Source of the DNA: Candidatus Caldarchaeales archaeon
Lineage (GTDB): Archaea > Thermoproteota > Nitrososphaeria_A > Caldarchaeales > Calditenuaceae
NCBI GenBank assembly: GCA_039630085.1
Contig: JBCNVM010000007.1
Span: 7,742-31,741, forward strand
Length of the DNA: 24,000 bases
Direction of reading: 5' to 3'
Positions within the stretch are counted from its first letter, which is position 1. Each line of letters opens with the position of its first letter. Under the pieces are notes generated by a model, which did no database searches, was not told the DNA's origin, and was given only the letters and a program-made list of their open reading frames with translations. The translations under genes were made by a program, and so were the position numbers. Of the stretch, positions 8,226 through 14,311 are shown piece by piece.

Positions 8226-9769
8226 GTCACCTCACTCAGGACGAACCTCTCGATTAAGTGATGGAGCACCGATGCGTCCTCCTCCGCGCACGCCGCTGCG
8301 AACGCCGCGGTCACCGCGTTGGAGCCGGTGGTTATGAGCGGGTACTTCGAGAGCTCCCGTGTTTGATCCCATTGGGGGTCTTCGCCGGTTCCGACGACCC
8401 TCGCCGAGACCCTCTTGCGCTCTCCGGTCGCTAGCGCAGGCCCGACCTCCTCCAAGGTCCTCGAGACTGCGTCCACGGGAGCTCCGTACCCGATGATCAG
8501 GTCGAACGCGATCGATCCTGTCTCTGGTGATGCCAGCTCTTGAGTTATCCGCCTGTTCCTCAGCGACGGGTCTATTATCGGATGAACTCTTCCGGCGGTG
8601 AACTCCTCCGACCCGTAGTCAACCACGGTCGCCCCCCTAGAGCGCAGCGGATCGTCTAGCTTCTTCGTCCAAGGCAGCTCCAAATTCGAATAGACCTCGA
8701 TCCCCGCCTCGCTCCACAGGAATGCCGTCTCGGTCGCAAGCGTTCCGCCGCAGTAGAATCCGCGGGGATGACCTCCTCCGTCGACCTTCTCCTTGAGCGA
8801 GGTCACCTCTCTCTCCAGTGCCGAGAGGGCCTTGCTGTAAGCCTGAGGTGAGACGAGAGAGCAGGCCTTCAGCGCGGTCGCGTGGAGTGTGGGGAGTTGC
8901 GGGTGCTCGCTGATCTTCTCCTTGTGTCCGAGAAGGCAGAGCAGCAGGGGCTTGCCGATCTTCGCGTCTTCGAGGACCCGTTTCACGAGTTCCGCATCTG
9001 ACTGCTTGGCCAGCAGCACGATGACCTTCGTGCTCCGGTCTCCGTCGAGGAGCCTCAGCGACTCGCGCGTCATCAGCCCTCCCACGGCTCTGGTCATGTC
9101 GCGTCCTCCCACTCCGATCGCGTGAGAGATGCCCACTCCCATGTCGTGTAGTATGACCGACAACTCTTGGATGCCTGAGCCGGATGAGGCCACTATCCCC
9201 ACCGGGCCCCTGATGACCCTGTTCGCGAACCCGAAGCCCACGCCCCCAATTATCGAAGTCCCGGCCTCCGGCCCCATCACTAGGAGGTTCCTCGCGGCGG
9301 CCTCGCGCTTCATCGCTACCTCCACCTCTATCGGGACGTGATCGCTGAAGACGAAGAGGTTGACTCCCCTCTCGAGGAGCTTGAATGCGACGTCCTTCAC
9401 GTGCTGTCCGGGTATCGATATCGATGCCATTCTTATGTCCGGGTTCTCGTGCAGAGCGTCGTCTATGCTCGCGTATCTGGCGGTCCGGGGCTTCATCTGG
9501 AACAGGACCTCTCTCGCCTTCCTCAGGACGCCTTCCGTCAGCCCGACTCCCTTAAGTGCGATCACGATATCGTTTGGTCCTGCACGGTCGCCCTCCGGCG
9601 TGAGGATCCCCTGCGACCTCAGGAGCTCCTTATTGGCTTCGGTGGCCATGACGACCGCGACCTCGATCACCCCGGGCAGCCTCTTGATCGCCTCGGAGGC
9701 TTCCATCAGCTGCACCGAATCCCGATAAAGGCCTTGCACTACCAAGTTGATTACGTCAGTTGAACCCAC
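8222..9769 (-). CDS. fdrA: FdrA-type acyl-CoA-synthetase-like protein (succinyl-CoA-synthetase-alpha-like fold; AllF family)
   Basis: Collinear blocks match E. coli FdrA: YRDSVQLM, LVMGPEAGTSII, GIVASSGSGIQEL, SHAIGVGGRDM, GRVHPIIDPSLRN, VVGTGEDPQ. The ORF is open to TTG 9793, which lies inside the TATA-like box. GTG 9769, about 25-30 nt downstream of that box, is the more plausible start. Confidence 0.85.
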   Translation of the reverse strand: MGSTDVINLVVQGLYRDSVQLMEASEAIKRLPGVIEVAVVMATEANKELLRSQGILTPEGDRAGPNDIVIALKGVGLTEGVLRKAREVLFQMKPRTARYASIDDALHENPDIRMASISIPGQHVKDVAFKLLERGVNLFVFSDHVPIEVEVAMKREAAARNLLVMGPEAGTSIIGGVGFGFANRVIRGPVGIVASSGSGIQELSVILHDMGVGISHAIGVGGRDMTRAVGGLMTRESLRLLDGDRSTKVIVLLAKQSDAELVKRVLEDAKIGKPLLLCLLGHKEKISEHPQLPTLHATALKACSLVSPQAYSKALSALEREVTSLKEKVDGGGHPRGFYCGGTLATETAFLWSEAGIEVYSNLELPWTKKLDDPLRSRGATVVDYGSEEFTAGRVHPIIDPSLRNRRITQELASPETGSIAFDLIIGYGAPVDAVSRTLEEVGPALATGERKRVSARVVGTGEDPQWDQTRELSKYPLITTGSNAVTAAFAAACAEEDASVLHHLIERFVLSEVT

Positions 9770-9790
9770 AATCGATGCGATCTGAAAGTG

Positions 9791-9806
9791 CAATATTTAT
9801 ATTAGT
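9791..9806. promoter_or_regulatory. Shared quasi-palindromic TATA element between divergent fdrA and cyclase genes
   Basis: The sequence caATATTTATATTag contains AATAT..ATATT inverted halves. It is the only AT-rich element between GTG 9769 (-) and ATG 9820/9832 (+), and is about 25-35 nt from each. Confidence 0.5.
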
Positions 9807-9831
9807 GTTCCGAGGCGTGATGATCGCGACC

Positions 9832-10629
9832 ATGTCTGCCGTTGTAGATCTGTCAAAGGTAAAAATATATGACTTATCCCAGCCGACCAGCGCGAGAGCT
9901 CCGCCCTTCATGTACTACCCTCCGTTCAAATGGACGTGGATCAAGAGGCTCGGAGAGCACGGCGTCAACGCGCAGTACATCGAGGGACCGCTTCACACGG
10001 GTACGCACTTCGACGGCCAGCTGCACTTCATGACGGGAGGGAAGGACATGGCCAGCATCGACGTCAGCTACTTCATCGGGGAGGGGATCATAGTTGACAT
10101 CAGCAAGCGCGTCGGCGACTACGACATCTACACAAGCGACATGATCGAGGAGGCGGCGAGGGAGGCAGGCCTCCGGATAAAGCCCGACGACATACTGCTC
10201 ATCTACACGGGTTACAGCCGTTACGCGTGGTGCGGTCCCGAGCCCGACGAAGTGCGGTACATGTGTAAGCACCCGGGCCCCGACATCAGGTTCGCGAGGT
10301 GGTGCATCGAGAAGAGGATCAGGTGGCTCGGCGTCGACGCGATGTCGCAGGACCACCCTCTGAACACCGTCGTCAGGAGGGCGAGGCCCGACCTGGTAGC
10401 GGAGGCCGAAAGGAAGTGGGGAAAGAAGATCGACGAGGTGCTGCCCTGGCCCGAGAACTATCAGGTGATGCACACGATGCTTTTCCCGAGGATGATCCTT
10501 CATGTCGAGAACCTAGGAGGGGACATCGACAAGGTCGTCAACAAGAGGTGCCTGATCATAGCGCTGCCGTTCAAGTTCGAGGGAGGAGAGAGCGCGTACT
10601 GCCGAGTGGTGGCCCTCACCTCGGAATGA
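9832..10629 (+). CDS. Putative-cyclase family metal-dependent hydrolase (kynurenine formamidase / isatin hydrolase-like)
   Basis: The HTGTHFDGQLHF motif matches the family signature HxGTHxDxPxH, and there is a downstream GVDAMSQDHP block. The track ORF starts at TTG 9760 inside fdrA. ATG 9832 (or ATG 9820) fits the TATA spacing. The stop lies 6 nt before the DUF1116 ATG. Confidence 0.75.
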   Translation: MSAVVDLSKVKIYDLSQPTSARAPPFMYYPPFKWTWIKRLGEHGVNAQYIEGPLHTGTHFDGQLHFMTGGKDMASIDVSYFIGEGIIVDISKRVGDYDIYTSDMIEEAAREAGLRIKPDDILLIYTGYSRYAWCGPEPDEVRYMCKHPGPDIRFARWCIEKRIRWLGVDAMSQDHPLNTVVRRARPDLVAEAERKWGKKIDEVLPWPENYQVMHTMLFPRMILHVENLGGDIDKVVNKRCLIIALPFKFEGGESAYCRVVALTSE

Positions 10630-10635
10630 GCAGGC

Positions 10636-11898
10636 ATGGAGACGCTTAAGGAGGAGATCGAGAGGGCGAACGATAAGTGCCTCGATCTGATGATGGAGGC
10701 GAGGCCCCTCCTCGTGGACATCGTAGAGGCGCGGAAGGTCATACCCTTCCTCGCGAAGGACAAATGCCTCACGCATGCGGGCCCGCCGATTAGCTGGGAT
10801 AGGGCCAGCGGCCCCCTGAGGGGCGCGATAATCGGAGCCGCGATCTACGAGGGCTGGGCCGAGAACGAGAGAGAGGCGATCAGGCTGGCGGAGAGGGGTG
10901 AGATAGTCCTCGAGCCCAATCACCATCACTCGGCGGTCAGTCCCATGGCCGGCGTCATCTCGCCGTCGATGAAGGTCTTCGTGGTCAGGGACGGTGACCT
11001 GAGGACTTACAGCAACCTCAACGAGGGGCTCGGTAAGGTCATGAGGTACGGCGCCTACTCCCCCGACGTTTTGGACCGCCTCCGCTTCTTGAACGAGGTC
11101 GTCGGCCCCGTTCTCTCCGACGCGGTGAAGGAGTACGTCCGTGATAAGGGGGGAATGGATCTGAAGAGCATAATGGCCCAGGCGGTCCATATGGGCGACG
11201 AGTGTCACAACCGGAACATTGCCTCGACTTCCCTGTTCTACAGAGAGATATCGTCCTATGTTATCGACTCGACTGACAAAGAGACAGCAAAAATTGTGCT
11301 TAAGACGATCGACTCTAACATCTTATTCTTCCTTAACATGGCAATGGCGGCCTGCAAGCTGATGGCCGATAGGGCCCACGGCGTCAAGTACAGCACGATC
11401 GTGACCACGATCGCGAGGAACGGCACGGACGTCGGCATCAGGGTGAGCGGGCTCGGAGACCAGTGGTTCACAGCTCCGGCGACCATACCTAGGGGTCTGT
11501 ACTTCTCAGGGTTCAGCGAGTCCGACGCAAACCCCGACATAGGCGACAGCACGATAACCGAGACAGTCGGGCTCGGTGCGGCCGCTTTGGCGGCGAGCCC
11601 GGCGATCGTGAGGTTCATCGGCGGGGACGCGAAGACGGCGATCGAGATCACCAACAGGATGGCGAAGATCTGTCACGGCAGGCACCGCTACTTCACGATC
11701 CCCTATCTAGAGTTCGAGGGTACCCCAGTTGGGATAGACATCAGGAGGGTTCTGCGACTCGGTCTTCCGCCTGTGGCCGACACGGGCATAGCGCATAGGG
11801 AGGCCGGAGTGGGGCAGATAGGCGCAGGGATCGTCGAGCTGCCGATCGAGCCCTTCAAGCAGGCCCTGAGGAAATACGCCGAGGCCTACGGGATCTGA
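10636..11898 (+). CDS. DUF1116 protein (YlbE/AllG family)
   Basis: 420 aa. It is collinear with E. coli YlbE as recalled: LTHAGPPISW, EGWAENEREA, NHHHSAVSPMAG, NLNEGLGKVMRYGAY, MGDECHNRNIAS, FFLNMAMAACK, GIRVSGLGDQWFTAP, ANPDIGDSTITET, DTGIAHREAGVGQIGAG. Confidence 0.85.
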   Translation: METLKEEIERANDKCLDLMMEARPLLVDIVEARKVIPFLAKDKCLTHAGPPISWDRASGPLRGAIIGAAIYEGWAENEREAIRLAERGEIVLEPNHHHSAVSPMAGVISPSMKVFVVRDGDLRTYSNLNEGLGKVMRYGAYSPDVLDRLRFLNEVVGPVLSDAVKEYVRDKGGMDLKSIMAQAVHMGDECHNRNIASTSLFYREISSYVIDSTDKETAKIVLKTIDSNILFFLNMAMAACKLMADRAHGVKYSTIVTTIARNGTDVGIRVSGLGDQWFTAPATIPRGLYFSGFSESDANPDIGDSTITETVGLGAAALAASPAIVRFIGGDAKTAIEITNRMAKICHGRHRYFTIPYLEFEGTPVGIDIRRVLRLGLPPVADTGIAHREAGVGQIGAGIVELPIEPFKQALRKYAEAYGI

Positions 11899-11986
11899 AC
11901 ACGACAGCCCTCTGTAGGGCCCTTCGCCAATCGATCAGCCGACCGGAGCCTTAGTCGGACCTCTCGCCGACGAGCAGGGCTGTTCT

Positions 11987-12010
11987 GTGGACCGGGCGGG
12001 ATTCGAGCCC
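11987..12010 (-). repeat. Inverted partial copy of the tRNA-Ala 3' end (T-loop to discriminator/first C)
   Basis: 11987-12006 (gtggaccgggcgggattcga) is the exact reverse complement of tRNA positions 14189-14208 (20/20). The match is 23/24 when extended to 12010. The GC content drops immediately after 12010. Confidence 0.85.
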
Positions 12011-12071
12011 AGATTTACTCACCGGCTTTCCTTATTACTCCGAAAAAAGGTAGGTAAGTTCACAGAAAAAG

Positions 12072-12080
12072 TTATAAATT
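12072..12080 (+). promoter_or_regulatory. TATA box for the HAD gene
   Basis: TTATAAATT lies 24-32 nt upstream of ATG 12104, consistent with a leaderless transcript. Confidence 0.4.
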
Positions 12081-12103
12081 TCTACGTGCAAGGGTTTATA
12101 ATA

Positions 12104-12973
12104 ATGAGCAGAGTATTCCATAATACAATCGCCCTCATAATGGATTGTGACGATACGCTGTGTGAGGACACCACTGACGCGTGTCTAAAGCAGATCGGAA
12201 TAGAAGATCCTCTGGAGGACTTCTGGAAAAAGAGAGTAAAACCCAAGGTCAAAGATGGCTGGGACCCGCCACTAGCGTATATGACCGAATTCATAAATGT
12301 GGCCAAGGAAAAAGGTACAAAACTCACAAAGGATTTTTTGAGAAAGTAGGACGAAATCTGAAATTTTATCCCGGAGTTCCAAACTTTTTCGATGAGTTAA
12401 GGAATGAGGTCAAAGCTATTAGCAACGAGTACGAAATCGACATAAGGATTGAGTTTTATGTTATTAGCTCAGGTTTTGAAGAGGTCATAACGGCGAGTCC
12501 TCTAAACTCCTATGTAACCGAAATTATGGATGTACATTTTACATTGATGAAAACGGTCGTGTAATATGCCCGAAATCGATAGTAACGTTTACGGAAAAAA
12601 AAACAAATTTGTGTTCGCGATAAACAAGGGCATTAACAAGATGATTTTACGAAGTGACCCTGGTAGAGTTAATGACACGATAAGTGAGGAGAATAGAAGG
12701 ATTCCCTTCAAGAACATGATCTACATAGGAGACGGACCAACAGACATACCCTGCTTCTCGCTTATCACAAGGAACGGGGGGCGAGGATTAGGAATTATAC
12801 AGCCCGAAAAGCCAGAAAGGGGGGCTCCATTATGGAAAGGACGAAGAATAACTGTGGGACCGTACCGCCCTAATTATGAGCAAGGATCAGACCTCCGACT
12901 TATGATAAAGGCTTTGATAAGAGACATCTCAGCGAGTATTTATGAGGAGTCGAAAATGTCATATCGCCCGTGA
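12104..12973 (+). pseudogene. HAD-superfamily hydrolase gene disrupted by three single-nucleotide deletions
   Basis: HAD motif I (IMDCDDTL) is in frame 2. Motif II (YVISSG) is in frame 1. The segment YGCTFYIDENGRVICPKSIVTFTEKK is in frame 3. The K..KG region and motif IV (YIGDGPTDIP) are back in frame 2. The frame switches are at about 12346 (GG), about 12525 (TT) and the A9 run at 12595-12603. The track shows three fragments: 11987..12349, 12181..12564 and 12566..12973. Confidence 0.75.
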
Positions 12974-13025
12974 CATTCATTAACAAATAGATGTCGTCGC
13001 GATCTCGATCGAATAAACCATCATT

Positions 13026-13037
13026 ATTTTATAAAAT
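13026..13037. repeat. Perfect 12-nt palindrome ATTTTATAAAAT, copy 1 (TATA-like)
   Basis: Read directly from the sequence. It is self-complementary and preceded by ATCATT, as is copy 2. Confidence 0.7.
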
Positions 13038-13126
13038 TCTCGTAGAGCGGAGCACGTTGACCTATCCTGTTAAATACGTAGACGAAACATCGCATACTCG
13101 ACGCATTCGGAAAAATCATTTACACT

Positions 13127-13138
13127 ATTTTATAAAAT
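13127..13138. repeat. Perfect 12-nt palindrome ATTTTATAAAAT, copy 2 (TATA-like)
   Basis: An identical 12-mer lies 101 nt downstream of copy 1. The context is ATCATTtacacTATTTTATAAAAT. Confidence 0.7.
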
Positions 13139-14134
13139 GTTGAATACAGTATAGAGAGCTAATTTTATTTTAGCATTAGTGACTGATTTTAAGTGTTGTT
13201 TTGTTGATCGCTCTTCCTTTCAGTATACTGGTCGCAGCATTTGGTTAAACCTGTCCGGAGGAAAAGGCAAGTCGTTTCGGTGGCTTCTGGGTTTGGATTA
13301 GCCATGGGGTTGATAGGTGGAATTTTCGGACGCGGGTTGGGCTGCTTACATAGTTTACAATAAGGTCATCTGGGATTATTTCGTTGTTGGCTGTTCATAG
13401 TTTGTGACATTATAATAATTTAGAGAACTACAAGAAAGATCTCACGTCGTCTCAAGCTTGTGGAACGGGAGGTTCGAGGGTAACTGTTCGAGTTTTGACG
13501 GCTCGGTGGGAAATGGTCTGCCGAAGCTGTGGAAACATCCCGACACTAAGCTTTAGAGCGTATAACATCTGTGGTTCAAGGCTCTACATGGAGAGATAGG
13601 TGTAAAATACCCTGTCTGCAAAGGTTCCCTATCCTGCACCACAGAAACCGTTTGAAAGGAAGGACAGAACAGGCTCTTAGAAGAATAGCAGATTGTGTGA
13701 GGAGATTTGGGACACCCGGATAACCCTAAATCGTGTTTCAGTCTCGCTCAAAAAGCTCATCAGAAAGTTCTTGAAATTGATTTTTCTGATTTACGGTAAC
13801 AACCAGCTTTTTCGTTGAGAAAACCTAAACGCTATAGTTGTGAAGATGTCTGTGAATACTGAGAGATGAGGAGGTTGGAGAGGAAAACGCAGTCTCAGAG
13901 GTGCCGAAAAGTGTCTCTGAAGAGCGTTGATCGGGAAGTTGCGTTCGCCTTGCTTCCTGACAGCGACAGTATTATCACTTCGGCGTTGATACTCCTGAGA
14001 AATCTGGCTCGAAATAGTCAACCCGTCACAAAAGGATGTGAGACGAAAAAAGCAGGAGTCATAGGAACGAATTAAGGCGGAGAAAGCCCGATTACATTAA
14101 AACTAAAATTCTCCGAGTGAGAGATGCGATAAGG

Positions 14135-14210
14135 GGGCCGGTAGATCAGCGGTATGATCGCCCGGTTGGCGTCCGGGAGGTCGCGGGTTCGAATCCCGCC
14201 CGGTCCACCA
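14135..14210 (+). tRNA. tRNA-Ala (anticodon GGC) with genomically encoded CCA
   Basis: Hand-folded cloverleaf. Acceptor gggccgg/ccggtcc has a G3:U70 pair, the Ala identity element. D stem is gatc/gatc. Anticodon stem is cccgg/ccggg with loop ttGGCgt. Variable loop is aggtc. T arm is gcggg-ttcgaat-cccgc. Discriminator is A, followed by CCA at 14208-14210. An AT-rich box (cattaaaactaaaatt) lies about 25-40 nt upstream. Confidence 0.9.
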
Positions 14211-14240
14211 ATCCTGTGATGCAATAAGGGTAACCATGAA

Positions 14241-14281
14241 GAGGGAAAAATAGAGGAGGAACGCTTCGTCGGATTCTCCTC
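14241..14281 (-). terminator. Stem-loop plus T-tract downstream of the LAGLIDADG gene
   Basis: The minus strand reads GAGGAGA-aatccgacgaagcgt-TCCTCCTC followed by TATTTTTCCC, about 30 nt after the stop at 14312. T-tracts are the usual archaeal termination signal. Confidence 0.4.
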
Positions 14282-14311
14282 AGAGTTCTTCGGAAGCATC
14301 TGCACCGAAAT

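Noticed and set aside
9874-11208. ORFs 9874..10503(-), 10299..10649(+), 10500..10772(-) and 10513..11208(-)
   Set aside because: They are antisense or out of frame to the cyclase-family and DUF1116 genes, which carry clear family motifs. None has a motif of its own.
11985-12062. A complete minus-strand tRNA containing the inverted 3'-end copy
   Set aside because: Reverse-complementing the region gives no matching 5' acceptor strand, D arm or anticodon arm. The T-stem 5' half is also degenerate (ctggg against gcggg). Only a 3' fragment is present.
13241-13363. Small ORF encoding a basic stretch plus one glycine-rich hydrophobic segment (..RRKRQVVSVASGFGLAMGLIGGIFGRGLGCL..)
   Set aside because: It requires a TTG start, or gives only 19 aa from ATG 13304. 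It has no convincing promoter or SD, so it could be chance in AT-rich DNA.
13791-14075. ORFs 13791..14021(-) 76 aa and 13866..14075(+) 69 aa
   Set aside because: They are mutually antisense and I cannot tell which, if either, is real. Neither has a recognisable motif. The + ORF is basic and could be a small DNA-binding protein, but I cannot support that from sequence alone.
12974-14134. CRISPR array or other regular repeat array in the ORF-poor region
   Set aside because: I found no 24-37-nt repeat recurring at regular 60-80-nt spacing. There are only two 12-nt palindromes and scattered short words.
14072-14305. 77-aa ORF on the minus strand
   Set aside because: It runs antisense straight through the tRNA-Ala gene. 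It is a shadow of the structured RNA.
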